From contig OZ250186.1 in the NCBI GenBank assembly GCA_965238275.1, forward strand, positions 32,001-96,000: DNA of 64,000 bases, given 5' to 3'. The translations under genes and the position numbers were made by a program. The DNA is from Nitrosopumilus sp. (GTDB lineage: Archaea; Thermoproteota; Nitrososphaeria; Nitrososphaerales; Nitrosopumilaceae). Below, piece after piece: positions 1 through 10,005 of this stretch; positions within the stretch are counted from its first letter, which is position 1, and each line of letters starts with the position of its first letter. The notes beneath the pieces were generated by a model. It worked only from the letters and a program-made list of their open reading frames with translations, was not told the DNA's origin and made no database searches.

Positions 1-1559
1 TACCCGATAAGCCGTCCGTCGACAAACACGCGGGTTCCGTCCTTCTTAAGGTCGTCTTGTGCCTCAAAGAAGTGGACAGTGCCCAGATCGTACAGCTTTT
101 CGATTATCTCCTCAGACGGAATGTTTACAGATATGATTCCAGACAGTGCCAGGTTCTTTACAAGTCCGCAGTTGGAGCCCTCTGGCGTCTCGCTGGGACA
201 GATCCTTCCAAAGTGGGTGGCATGCAGATCCCTGGCCTCAAAGTTTGGCTGCGTCCTGCTGAGTGGCGACTGGATTCTTCTAAGATGGCTTATGGTGGAT
301 AGATAATTGGTTCTGTCAAGCAGCTGGGTCACGCCGACGCGGCCCCTGCCCCAGTTTCCAGTTGCAATGGCGTTGTTGAGCTTGTCTGTGATTATTCCAG
401 GGCGTATTGCAGCTGCGACTGCGTTGATTCCGCGCTTCTGTCCGGACCGCTCCAGCTGGTACTTCATGTCCCGGATAAGATTCCTAAAGGCGGTTCTGAA
501 CAGGTCTGCCAGCATCTGGCCTGCAAACTTGATTATCTTGTTACCGTAGTGATCCTTGTCGTCAGGGGAGATCCAGCCAAGCCTCAGCTCAAGCAGCTTG
601 CATGCCGCCTCGCCTAGAAACTGTGCCTTCTCCTTCCTGTTCTCAGGATGCTTGCCCAGATGCGGCAACAGCCCCCAGTCAAGCAGGGTCTCTGTACGTT
701 TTATCTGAAACTCTTCAAGCATCCCCGGCGCAATCCTCTTGCTGATGTAGACTATTGCATCCTTGGATGTCAGGACATCGTTTGCCTTCTCAAAGGAGCC
801 CTCCAGCTGATCCTGAAGCTCGTCTACCAATGAGACCACTCCTGCAATCTCCTTGTCAGATTCCAGCCCGAGCGCCCGCATCAGGGTGATTACGGGTATG
901 TCGACGGGGGATCCTGGAATTCTGGCCACGAGCAGTCCGTCATTCTTCATGACAAGTTCCAGCTTTGCCCTGTATCCTATTATTGAAGAGTATACCTTGG
1001 CCTTGAAGACCGTGTTTCCGCCTACAGTCTCCCTGTCCACGATTATCTTGTTGTATGAGAGATCCTCAAGCCCGACTATCACCCGCTCAGAGCCGTTGAT
1101 GATAAAGTAGCCGCCGGGATCGTTTGGATCCTCGCCGTGTTCTACCAGCTTCTGGGTGGAGAAGTTGTGCAGGATGCAGGCATGTGACTTTGCCATGACT
1201 GGAACATCGCCAATATGGACAAACTTTGATTCCAGTACCTTTCCGTCCTCAACGACGCTGGCCTCCATCATTACCGGTGCAGCGTACGAGACGTTTCTCA
1301 GTCTTGCCTCGGCAGGGGTGATGTGCGTGATGGAGCCGTCAAGCTCCATCATTCTTGGCTTTTGAAGCCTTACCTTCTCCAGTTGAATCTTGTACGGATA
1401 CTCGGCATTCTCTATGTCTATCTGGGATACCTCGTCGATTATACTCTGAAGGCCCCGCTCCAGAAACTCGTCAAACGAGTTGAGGTGCTGTCTGGCGATA
1501 CCCTCCCGCTTCAGGATGTCCTGGATTATCGGCCAGCGCTTGGTTGACGGGTCCACCAT
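1..1559 (-). CDS. rpoB: DNA-directed RNA polymerase subunit B, N-terminal part (runs off window start)
   Basis: Minus strand reads MVDPSTKRWPIIQDILKREGIARQHLNSFDEF...ARLRNVSYAAP...DPGGYFIINGSERVIV, the conserved RpoB N-terminus. The start overlaps the rpoH stop (TAATG). Confidence 0.96.
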   Translation of the reverse strand, partial: MVDPSTKRWPIIQDILKREGIARQHLNSFDEFLERGLQSIIDEVSQIDIENAEYPYKIQLEKVRLQKPRMMELDGSITHITPAEARLRNVSYAAPVMMEASVVEDGKVLESKFVHIGDVPVMAKSHACILHNFSTQKLVEHGEDPNDPGGYFIINGSERVIVGLEDLSYNKIIVDRETVGGNTVFKAKVYSSIIGYRAKLELVMKNDGLLVARIPGSPVDIPVITLMRALGLESDKEIAGVVSLVDELQDQLEGSFEKANDVLTSKDAIVYISKRIAPGMLEEFQIKRTETLLDWGLLPHLGKHPENRKEKAQFLGEAACKLLELRLGWISPDDKDHYGNKIIKFAGQMLADLFRTAFRNLIRDMKYQLERSGQKRGINAVAAAIRPGIITDKLNNAIATGNWGRGRVGVTQLLDRTNYLSTISHLRRIQSPLSRTQPNFEARDLHATHFGRICPSETPEGSNCGLVKNLALSGIISVNIPSEEIIEKLYDLGTVHFFEAQDDLKKDGTRVFVDGRLIG

Positions 1560-1810
1560 TATGGCTCCACCACGTATCTGTAATAGAAACTTTGACCGGC
1601 AGTGTGACTCTTTCTGGTGATCTTTATCACGTCGCCTGGCTTTACGCCCAATCCCAGGATTGCAGGATCGTTGACTAAGATTAGCGGCAGTTCTGTGGGC
1701 TTGCAGTTGTACTTTCTTAGAATCTCCTCGGCCTCCTGCTTTGAGATGATCTCATGCTTTGGGACATAGATGTGATCGGGAACCAGGATCGGATTCTTCT
1801 TAGACACCAA
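1559..1810 (-). CDS. rpoH: DNA-directed RNA polymerase subunit H (Rpo5)
   Basis: HIYVPKHEII...LPLILVNDPAI...PGDVIKITRKSHTAG...YYRYVV motif; directly upstream of rpoB. Confidence 0.97.
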   Translation of the reverse strand: MVSKKNPILVPDHIYVPKHEIISKQEAEEILRKYNCKPTELPLILVNDPAILGLGVKPGDVIKITRKSHTAGQSFYYRYVVEP

Positions 1811-1911
1811 CTGTAAAATCCCCCATACGTAACACTAAAGATGGCAACAATACACACAAACTGTCAGCTTTCGGTTTTCTGATCAATATATATCTAATCT
1901 GAGGTGCAGAC

Positions 1912-1967
1912 GCAAGCGGCTAGGTTTACGTCTAATTCCAATGTTGCAGACATCGAACTGAGACAGT
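1912..1967 (+). repeat. ~55-bp dispersed repeat, inverted copy at 4822-4879 (probable mobile-element end)
   Basis: gcaagcggctaggtttacgtctaattcca--atgttgcagacatcgaact aligns with the reverse complement of 4822-4879 (gcaggcggttaggctcacgtctaattccacaatgctgcagacatcgaact). Confidence 0.75.
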
Positions 1968-2281
1968 TGCGTGGCAGATTGTGAGATACATATGAAAATC
2001 CTGCTCAGAAGGCATGCCAGGTCGCACGGCAGGGCATGTGGCCACCATGTGCAGGTATGGATTGACGATCCCGTCTCCATTCCCCCAGATGGGGTCAGGC
2101 GGGCTGATGCCAAGACAGAGCATGCCAGACACAACAGGAGACACGGCAACTCGTAACGGCCACAAGCAGATTGCAGTTGTCGTATGGAGCCGGAGGGTGT
2201 GGTTTGTATGAAAAAAATTTTTACCTTTTGTCAATAATATTTTTTGTAACTTTAAATAGTGTGAATTTACGCCTTAAATTG

Positions 2282-3115
2282 ATGAAAACTCATCTATCGG
2301 TGTTTGCCTTATCTGCAATTTTAGTTGTGAGTATTGGTATGGCACCAGCATTTGGACAAGTTCAGAGTGCAATTGTGGTTGCCACAGACAAGGAAGCCTA
2401 TATGGGCGGCGAGGTAATCATGATATCAGGCACGGTCAGGGATCAGTTTCCAACAGACGTATCTGTAACAGTGAAGGCACCCAACGGAAACGTTGTGTAT
2501 GTTGACCAGGTACCTGTAGGTTTAGACAGAACTTTCAGCGCCGAGTTTACTGCAAGCGGACTGACTAATAGCAATGGCACATACACAATAACTGTCCAGT
2601 ACACAGACGTTCACTCAGCATCAGCATCATTCGAGTTGACCGATGTCATGGTTGAGGTCGAAGGCGTAACAGTTGGGCCCAGCGAAGGAACGGTTCCGGT
2701 CACAGGCAATGAAGAGCTTTTGGTCGGATACGAGCTTAGCACAGGCGACATACTAAGCATCACGCCCAACCCGGAAGACAGTGCACTGGAAATAGCCATT
2801 GATACAATAGAGGACGGTACGCTGACAATCACCATACCCAGAACGGTGGCAGATGCCAAGAACGCTGACGACACAGACGCCCAATACTTCGTCCTAATTG
2901 ACGGATCCGAGGTGGACGAATTTGAGGAGACAGTAACGGACGAGTCAAGGACGCTTACTATCGAGTTCTATGCAGGAGCCGAGTTGATTGGGATATACGG
3001 CACCTTCGTAATTCCGGAGTTCGGTACGATTGCAGCCATGATTCTGGCAGTTGCAGTAGTGGCCATCATTGCAGTATCTGCAAGGTCAAGACTCAGCATC
3101 ATTCCAAGATACTAG
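2282..3115 (+). CDS. PEFG-CTERM sorting-domain surface protein 1
   Basis: Signal peptide MKTHLSVFALSAIL...PAFG; acidic Ig-like body; C-terminal VIPEFG + TM + basic tail. Start taken at ATG 2282 downstream of a TTTAAATA box. Confidence 0.9.
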   Translation: MKTHLSVFALSAILVVSIGMAPAFGQVQSAIVVATDKEAYMGGEVIMISGTVRDQFPTDVSVTVKAPNGNVVYVDQVPVGLDRTFSAEFTASGLTNSNGTYTITVQYTDVHSASASFELTDVMVEVEGVTVGPSEGTVPVTGNEELLVGYELSTGDILSITPNPEDSALEIAIDTIEDGTLTITIPRTVADAKNADDTDAQYFVLIDGSEVDEFEETVTDESRTLTIEFYAGAELIGIYGTFVIPEFGTIAAMILAVAVVAIIAVSARSRLSIIPRY

Positions 3116-3116
3116 A

Positions 3117-3137
3117 TTTTATCTTCTTCTTTTTATT
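3117..3137 (+). terminator. T-rich archaeal terminator
   Basis: ttttatcttcttctttttatt immediately after the stop; similar T tracts follow PEFG genes 2 (4526-4544) and 3 (5786-5802). Confidence 0.5.
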
Positions 3138-3580
3138 TATAGCAGCGAGCGAAAGTTCGTGCAAACAGATCTCTCTGTAGCATGTCCTGATGCTCTTTCC
3201 GGCGCTCTGTCAGACCTTCCAATATTGTAGTCGTTGCCGGGTCCAAGCCGACCTGTCGAATTGTTCATTCCAGAACCATCCGATCCGTGATCCTCGCGCC
3301 TTGTGACGACCTTGACACCCGCAATGGTGCCTCCACAATTCCCGTGGGCTTGGCCGCCAGTCTCCTCCGTATGGAGACAGTCATTATCCAAAATGTTTTT
3401 TGCCGCGTTCTTGTCGGCATGGTGGCACCATCCGCATGAGATGCAGACCAATGATTCGCCGTTCCTGGACTTCTTGTCCACTACCCCAGCACAGTAGGTG
3501 CAGGGACGCCCACTTCCGCATTGGTAATGCAGTGCCCCAAAAGCCGGTTTGAGCGTCATTACGCGCCGGACCGTCATCAC
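3137..3580 (-). pseudogene. tnpB: TnpB (IS200/IS605-type) C-terminal fragment
   Basis: CTYCAG...RNGESLVCISCGWCHHADKNAAKNIL matches the zinc ribbon plus RuvC-III (DxNAAxNI) motif. The N-terminal part is missing. Confidence 0.8.
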
Positions 3581-3642
3581 GTGATGGCTGTACTAGGAAG
3601 CATGCCTGGCTGCAAGCCGGTTTTGCAGGATCGGGGAGTGTG

Positions 3643-3653
3643 ATACATAAATA
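3643..3653 (+). promoter_or_regulatory. Shared TATA-like promoter motif ATACATAAATA (also 4896-4906 + and 17144-17154 -)
   Basis: Identical 11-mer lies 24-25 nt upstream of an AAG-ATG start in three surface-protein genes. Confidence 0.6.
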
Positions 3654-3677
3654 CCAATACAGAAATATAAAATCAAG

Positions 3678-4520
3678 ATGAATTTCAGACCCTCAACAAG
3701 ATCGGCTGCAGTAGTCATACTGACGCTGTCGCTGATTTCGATGACCTTGGTTCAGCAGAATGCATTTGCCCAAAACGACGGAATGTCCATTTCTGTAATG
3801 GCAGACAACGGAGCAGAATCGTTTACAGTCAATGGCATGACGACTTTAGACACCACGGATGTGACCATCAAGGTAACATCACCAAACCGCAATTTGGTTG
3901 GCGCCGCACAGATTACGCCAGATTCTAATGGAGAGTTTGCAGAAGAATTCAGAATCGGTCCTTCATGGAATGAGGACGGATTCTATAAGATTCTCGTCAC
4001 GCAAAAATCCCCGACGTACGAACTGGACACAGTCATCGAGATAAGAGACGGAGTGGCGCTGAAGACGCTGGAAAACGAGTCCAACATAGTACCCCTGTTT
4101 GAACCAGGCATGATCGATACAATGCCGGCCGGGATAACACTCAGCGCAGAGGCAGATGTCGGATCCACTGAGATCGTGATTACGGGAACAACTGACAGGC
4201 TAAGTCAGGACGTTTCCCTGACAGTCACTGCGCCAAACGGAAACGTGGTTACAGCTGATCAGGCATCGCCCACACTGGACGGAAAGTTCAGTGCGATGCT
4301 GATTACCGGCGGACCGTTATGGACACAGGATGGCATGTACACAGTAACAGCACAACAGTTCAATGACGAAGCATACACTGACACAGTCATGGTGGATATC
4401 CTAGACGGAGTCATAGTGCCTGAGTTTGGTACCATTGCAGCCATGATCCTGGCAGTCTCGATAGTGGCCATCATTGCAGTATCTGCAAGGTCAAGACTCA
4501 GCATCATTTCAAGATACTGA
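3678..4520 (+). CDS. PEFG-CTERM sorting-domain surface protein 2 (two repeated Ig-like domains)
   Basis: Signal peptide ...NAFAQ; duplicated 'VTxPNxNxVxxxQxxPxxxGxF...GPxWxxDGxY' units; C-terminal IVPEFG-TM-RY. Confidence 0.92.
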   Translation: MNFRPSTRSAAVVILTLSLISMTLVQQNAFAQNDGMSISVMADNGAESFTVNGMTTLDTTDVTIKVTSPNRNLVGAAQITPDSNGEFAEEFRIGPSWNEDGFYKILVTQKSPTYELDTVIEIRDGVALKTLENESNIVPLFEPGMIDTMPAGITLSAEADVGSTEIVITGTTDRLSQDVSLTVTAPNGNVVTADQASPTLDGKFSAMLITGGPLWTQDGMYTVTAQQFNDEAYTDTVMVDILDGVIVPEFGTIAAMILAVSIVAIIAVSARSRLSIISRY

Positions 4521-4821
4521 TTCATATTTTTTTATTATTTTTTTAGTATTGGCCAGCTGGATGCTGCCACACCGCAGGGCATACTACGGGTTGATGGATC
4601 CGCCTTCGGCCCATCAGGCGTAAGCAGAGACCACAAGTAACGCTCTTGCTGGCACAATGCCACTTCAAGCAACATGATGCCATCAAGAGACGCGGTGAGC
4701 CGACAGAGATTCCATCATGCCTCAAAAGGAATGGGATAAAGGCCAACCCCGGAGGGAACCGCAGCTGCATCAGAAAGGACAATGGAGTACAGTCCATTCT
4801 GGCGGCGTACTCGACACATGG

Positions 4822-4879
4822 CGTCTGTAAGTTCGATGTCTGCAGCATTGTGGAATTAGACGTGAGCCTAACCGCCTGC
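4822..4879 (-). repeat. Inverted copy of the 1912-1967 repeat
   Basis: See 1912-1967; contains the imperfect palindrome atgtctgcagcat. Confidence 0.75.
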
Positions 4880-4930
4880 CATAATTTCCCTTTAAATACA
4901 TAAATAGGGATAACAGTATCGCAAAATAAG

Positions 4931-5782
4931 ATGAACAGCCGCACACCATTTATGCTATTAGCGATTTTAGCTGTAGTTGGTACCTTAACCATATCATCGG
5001 CATATGCCCAAGAAGGCTCACAGGCATGTGTAGATTGTGAAGAGGATCTAAACGAGGCCATACTGATAGTCAACACGGCAGTATCAATCCATACAGACAA
5101 GACAGAGTACGACACAGGTGACATTATACAGGTATATGGCGGGGTAGCAAACATATCTCCGGATTTCGAGATCACGGTCCAAGTCAAAAACCCGCTCAAT
5201 TCCGTAGTCGGTGTTGCACAGCTTAAGGTGGCAGAGGATGCTACATATGAGACATCATTCAACACAGCAGGCAGTATATGGCAGTATGAAGGGACATACA
5301 CCATCGACGTATACTACGGAAGCGAGGTAAAGAACAACAGTGTACGGATTGAACTGGGAGGAGACAGTATGATGATGGAAGTAGAGGACTGTTCTGCTGA
5401 AGAGGTGATGATTGTCGGGTATTGTATGACAGGCAGCATCTCCGGCGGAGCCATAACAGACTCTTCTATCAATCAGGAGGACAATTCCATCATAATCAAC
5501 ATCGATGCAGAAGAAGACGGAACACTGATGCTAGTCATCCCAAATGAAGTTCAGGAAGGCATATTCCTGATATCTGTTGATGGAGAAGAGTGGGATGATG
5601 TCAGCATAGACGACGGCAGCATAACAGTCGAGTTCTTGGCAGGCGCAGAGATGATTGAGATATTTGGATCCCACGTAATTCCAGAGTTTGGTACGATTGC
5701 AGGCATGGTTCTAGCAGTGGCAGTAGTTGCCATAATTGCAGTATCTGCAAGGTCAAAACTCAGTATCATGCCAAAATACTAA
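4931..5782 (+). CDS. PEFG-CTERM sorting-domain surface protein 3
   Basis: Signal peptide ...SAYAQ; TDKTEYDTGD Ig-like domain; C-terminal VIPEFG-TM-KY. Confidence 0.92.
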   Translation: MNSRTPFMLLAILAVVGTLTISSAYAQEGSQACVDCEEDLNEAILIVNTAVSIHTDKTEYDTGDIIQVYGGVANISPDFEITVQVKNPLNSVVGVAQLKVAEDATYETSFNTAGSIWQYEGTYTIDVYYGSEVKNNSVRIELGGDSMMMEVEDCSAEEVMIVGYCMTGSISGGAITDSSINQEDNSIIINIDAEEDGTLMLVIPNEVQEGIFLISVDGEEWDDVSIDDGSITVEFLAGAEMIEIFGSHVIPEFGTIAGMVLAVAVVAIIAVSARSKLSIMPKY

Positions 5783-5974
5783 CTCTTTATTTTTTCATTT
5801 TTACATTCCCCGATACGAGATGTTGTATCGTCATGCCATAGGCTGATATGCATCATCACCCAGGATAGCCGCCCCAAATACAGGTCTGTTCAGTCGGGAT
5901 TCAGCAAATCGCAGCAGCAGCAGCAGCTGCTGCTTGACAGTAAAAGAGATATACAAACATGCCCTGTAAACCAT

Positions 5975-6826
5975 GTGAAAAGTAACGTGTTTTATGTCGT
6001 AGCAATACTGCTGCTTGCAGTATCAGTAGTACTGCTTACAGCCTCAGCAGGCAGTGCCGAGGCACAAGAGCGACAAGTTACAGTAAAGACAGATACCGGC
6101 CACTACGACGAGGGCGATACCATAGTAATCTCCGGAAGTGTCGGAACCGTCATACCAGACACGCCTGTCATATTACAGATATTCGCAAGGGGCAACGTCC
6201 TGATAGACGTTGCACAGGTTCTGGTGGCACAGGAGGACAAGAGCTACTCGCACATCATCATCGCAGAAGGCGACAAGTGGAACAGGGGAGGAGATTATAC
6301 AATCAGGGCCTCATACGGAAAGGAAGGAATTGCAGAGACCACGTTTAGGTACTCCCCGGAATCAATACCAGAGTCTACTACGGGTATCTTTGAAGTAGAT
6401 GCCGGAAGCTACGGAACCTTTGATGTAGAGTATACCATCAGGGGCGGCACGCTCAGCGACATAACTGTGGATTCGCAAAATCTTGGCATAGTGATACGGA
6501 TAGAGACGATTGACGAGGGCTCCATCACCATGAATCTGCCAAGGGAGTTCATAGGGGCTGAAAAGCAGAGCGGGAGGGACGAGGCGTTTATCGTCCTAGT
6601 CGATGAAGTGGACACCAAGCCTGATGAAACCATAGTGGAGGAGGATTCAAGGACGATAACAGTCGACTTTGTGCAGGGCAATTCAAGGATTGACGTGATC
6701 GGAACATACGTGGTTCCGGAGTTCGGGGCCGCAGTCATGATGATGATGATTGCCTTGGGCGCAGGCATGGCAGTTACAGTCCTGGCCGTAAGGGGCAGGA
6801 CGGCACTACTGCAGTTTAGCCGGTAA
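5975..6826 (+). CDS. PEFG-CTERM sorting-domain surface protein 4
   Basis: Signal peptide; TDTGHYDEGD domain; C-terminal VVPEFG + TM (more divergent tail). Confidence 0.9.
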   Translation: MKSNVFYVVAILLLAVSVVLLTASAGSAEAQERQVTVKTDTGHYDEGDTIVISGSVGTVIPDTPVILQIFARGNVLIDVAQVLVAQEDKSYSHIIIAEGDKWNRGGDYTIRASYGKEGIAETTFRYSPESIPESTTGIFEVDAGSYGTFDVEYTIRGGTLSDITVDSQNLGIVIRIETIDEGSITMNLPREFIGAEKQSGRDEAFIVLVDEVDTKPDETIVEEDSRTITVDFVQGNSRIDVIGTYVVPEFGAAVMMMMIALGAGMAVTVLAVRGRTALLQFSR

Positions 6827-7979
6827 AGGAGTATTTTTCCTTGAACGGTGAGACTGCACGCAGCTCCCTGACGACTCTTTTGAGAATCTCTATTGCCTGC
6901 GCCATCTCGTCCATGGTGTTAAAGATCCCCACAGTCAGCCGCAGGGAACCGGCGATCTGCTCGCGGGAGAATCCCATCGCCTGCAACACGTGCGAGGCCT
7001 TTTGGACGTTGACAGAGCAGGCAGAACCAGTCGATGCTGCAACCCCGTACTCGTCAAGCTTGATTATCATGTCCTCCCCGTTTACGCCAAGAAACGTAAA
7101 ATGGGCATTGCTTGCCAGTCTTGACGCGGGATCCCCGTTCAAGGTGACGGCAGGAATTTCATCCAGAACCCCCCCGACCAGGGCGTCCCGGAGTCCCTTC
7201 AGATATGCGATGTTGTCATGCAGGTTCTCCCGGGCAATCTCGCACGCCCTGCCAAACCCCGCGATTCCTGCCACATTCTCGGTGCCGGAACGGAGTCCGT
7301 GTTCCTGTCCCCCTCCCAGAAGCAGAGGATCGATCCGGATGCCGTCCCTTATGAACAGCGCACCGACCCCCTTGGGGCCGTGGATCTTGTGAGAGGAGAT
7401 TGACATCAGATCAACGCCAAGCGCCCGGACGTCTATCGGGGTCTTGCCGACTGCCTGGACGGCATCGGTGTGGAACAGAATTCCGCAGTCGTGGCAAATC
7501 CGGACAAGTTCGGATATTGGCTGAATGGTTCCGACCTCGTTGTTTCCAAACATGACAGAGACCAGGCGCGTCCTGTCAGTTATCCGATCCCGGAGATCAG
7601 ACGGGCTGATCACGCCGAACCTGTCCACCGGAAGGTATTCCACATCAAAGCCCTCATTCAGGAGCATTCTGCACGGCTCCAGAACAGCGTCATGTTCGAC
7701 TGAGGATGTTATGATGTGGCAGGAGGGTTCCCGTGCGGCCACGCCCCTTATGGCAGTATTGTTTGATTCGGTACCGCCAGACGTGATTAGGATCTCGGAT
7801 GGCTTGGCGTTAATCAGCGCTGCAATCTGTCCCTTTGCCTTTCTGACTGCCCTGCGGGCAGTCCTTCCGTGCCGGTGTATCGATGACGGGTTGCCGTACT
7901 GTTCTGCCAGGTACGGCATCATCGAGTCCAGTACGTCCCGGTGGACCATGGTCGATGCTGCGTTATCCAGATAGATCAA
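6816..7979 (-). CDS. iscS: Cysteine desulfurase (IscS/NifS)
   Basis: IYLDNAAST, YGNPSS, TSGGTESNN, HTDAVQ, SSHKIHGPKG (PLP Lys), STGSAC (catalytic Cys). Confidence 0.96.
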   Translation of the reverse strand: MIYLDNAASTMVHRDVLDSMMPYLAEQYGNPSSIHRHGRTARRAVRKAKGQIAALINAKPSEILITSGGTESNNTAIRGVAAREPSCHIITSSVEHDAVLEPCRMLLNEGFDVEYLPVDRFGVISPSDLRDRITDRTRLVSVMFGNNEVGTIQPISELVRICHDCGILFHTDAVQAVGKTPIDVRALGVDLMSISSHKIHGPKGVGALFIRDGIRIDPLLLGGGQEHGLRSGTENVAGIAGFGRACEIARENLHDNIAYLKGLRDALVGGVLDEIPAVTLNGDPASRLASNAHFTFLGVNGEDMIIKLDEYGVAASTGSACSVNVQKASHVLQAMGFSREQIAGSLRLTVGIFNTMDEMAQAIEILKRVVRELRAVSPFKEKYSFTG

Positions 7980-8773
7980 TCCGCAATCACGTTGATCTTC
8001 CCAGGCGCGTACCCATCCGGATCAACTGCGACCCGTGTAAATCCAATCATCATCAGTCTTTTGGTGATCTGCCTCAGGACTTCCCCCTGAAATACAGGCA
8101 CCATGGTCTTGTCCACCTCGATCATTGCAGAGCCGCCAAGATCGCGAACCCTGACCTGTCTTGCCACCGTCATCTGCCGGATGATAGTCTCAGCAAACTC
8201 AATCCGGGTCAGCCTCTCGGCAGTCACCCTCTGACCCCAGGGTATGCGTGAGGCAAGGCACGAGTTTGAAGGTTTGTCGTGTATGGACAGCCCTACAGAC
8301 GCTGCCGCCTTGCGTATCTGCAGCTTGGAGATGCCAAGATCCGCAAGCGGGCTCAATATGCCGTTCTGCCTCAGTGCCTTGATTCCGGGTCGGTATTCCC
8401 CCATGTCGCCTGCATGGGTCCCGTCAACGATGGTCGTGATATGGTGCTGCCTGGCCAGTGCGCCCAGACGCGTCCCCAGATCCATCCTGCAGTGAAAGCA
8501 TCGGGAGGAGTCGTTCCGGACAAAGTCCTCGTTTTCAAGCTCGTCATACTCCAAAATAACATGCCGAATTCCAATCTCAGAACAGACCCGCCTGGCATCT
8601 TCCAGCTCGTCCCTTGGGAGTGTCTTGTAGTCGGCAGTCACGGCAAGCGCCATGCTGCCAAGCCGTTGGTGTGCAGCATACGCAACAAGGGCGCTGTCAA
8701 CTCCTCCGGACAGCGCAACCATTGTCCCGGACCTGCCCCCAAACCACCCAACAAGATCATCAAGATGTGTCAT
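7976..8773 (-). CDS. larE: ATP-dependent sulfur transferase LarE
   Basis: PP-loop SGGVDS, RCFHC, YRPGIKA, DKPSNSCLASRIP, QVRVR. Confidence 0.93.
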   Translation of the reverse strand: MTHLDDLVGWFGGRSGTMVALSGGVDSALVAYAAHQRLGSMALAVTADYKTLPRDELEDARRVCSEIGIRHVILEYDELENEDFVRNDSSRCFHCRMDLGTRLGALARQHHITTIVDGTHAGDMGEYRPGIKALRQNGILSPLADLGISKLQIRKAAASVGLSIHDKPSNSCLASRIPWGQRVTAERLTRIEFAETIIRQMTVARQVRVRDLGGSAMIEVDKTMVPVFQGEVLRQITKRLMMIGFTRVAVDPDGYAPGKINVIAD

Positions 8774-10005
8774 GCCCCGGCTCCCTCAATCTCCCTTCGT
8801 ACTAACGACTCGGTCTCTTTAATTGGTTTGCCGACTGCCTCAGATATCCGCTTCAGATCATCAAACTCTATCTTAAAGTCGGTTCTTCCCTTGAACGTGG
8901 ATCTTTTGAAGACTACCTGGAATGAGCGTCCCTCCACGGATACGTGTGTGTTGTGGATCGTGCGGGAAACTACAAACCGGGCGGATTCAGAGATCCGCAC
9001 TCCCAGGGTGCCAGTCTCCAGCACCATTGTATCGACAATCCGCTCAACGTCCTCATCCCTGCATATGACAGATATCAGGTTTGTTGGCCGGCCCTTCTTG
9101 GTTGTTCCAGGGCAGATGGATGCATCCAGCGCCCCGTCCTTCATGACCCTTTCAATCATGTTTCCCAGAACCTCTCCGGAGACATCATCTACGTTTGTCT
9201 CAAGAATCTTTACAGTGTCCATGCCAAGGCTGCCTGTCGTGCCCCTGACAACCTTCAGGACGTTTGCAAATCCTGCAAAGTCCTTCTGGCCTGCACCATA
9301 ACCTACGGATGCAACCTTCATCGGGGGGTAAAACTCTGCGGATCTGTCTGCCAGGCTTGCCAGTATGCAAGCACCTGTGGGAGTGGTGGTTTCGCCACCG
9401 GCAGTATTTCCCATGATTGTAAGATCCGAGCCCCTGAAAATCTCAAGTATGGCACCTGCCGGATTGGACGTGGTTCCGTGCGAAAACGTCACAGAGCCTC
9501 CACCTACTGCTATCGGAAGGCATACAATCTCCTCATCGAACATGCCCAGGCTCTCCAAGGCTACTGCCACCCCCACTATGTCAGCCACGGTGTCAAAGCT
9601 GGATGCCTCGTGAAGATGGACAGAGTCCCCCCCGGTCCCGTGTATGCCGGATTCTGCCCGTATCAGGGCGTCTATGCAGGATACTGCAAATGACTGCGCA
9701 TCACTGGAGATTTCCAGTGTGTCGACTGAATTGGCCACGGCCGTCCTCATGTCAGCGCCGGTTCTCTCCTGCACATTCTCGTCCACATCCAGAACAAGGC
9801 CCACTGCCTGAATCCCGTTCTTTTTAATGCGACGGAACCGAATCTCCCGAATCGACGAGCCGGGCAGAAACCCCTCGGATCTTCTTATCGCGTCAATTAT
9901 GCGATCCTCGTCTGCCCCAAGATCCACCAGGGAACAGAGCATCATGTCGCCGGATACGCCGGCAATCTGGGGATCAATTACGACTACCATAGTAGAGACC
10001 GCCAA
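8770..10005 (-). CDS. larC: Nickel insertase LarC (start may be ATG 9990)
   Basis: AGVSGDM, HLHE...DTVADIVG, TTPTGA, GYGAG, LETNVDD, KKGRP, ETGTLGVR. Confidence 0.95.
   Translation of the reverse strand: MAVSTMVVVIDPQIAGVSGDMMLCSLVDLGADEDRIIDAIRRSEGFLPGSSIREIRFRRIKKNGIQAVGLVLDVDENVQERTGADMRTAVANSVDTLEISSDAQSFAVSCIDALIRAESGIHGTGGDSVHLHEASSFDTVADIVGVAVALESLGMFDEEIVCLPIAVGGGSVTFSHGTTSNPAGAILEIFRGSDLTIMGNTAGGETTTPTGACILASLADRSAEFYPPMKVASVGYGAGQKDFAGFANVLKVVRGTTGSLGMDTVKILETNVDDVSGEVLGNMIERVMKDGALDASICPGTTKKGRPTNLISVICRDEDVERIVDTMVLETGTLGVRISESARFVVSRTIHNTHVSVEGRSFQVVFKRSTFKGRTDFKIEFDDLKRISEAVGKPIKETESLVRREIEGAGA

Noticed and set aside
57-1547. Short + strand ORFs, and similar long antisense ORFs elsewhere (e.g. 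8279-9301, 14863-15894, 37992-38921, 63150-63980)
   Set aside because: They are antisense shadows of well-supported genes.
5911-5933. (CAG)n hairpin upstream of PEFG gene 4, and the C run at ~15990
   Set aside because: Similar simple repeats occur repeatedly in the window, and there is no evidence for phase variation from sequence alone.
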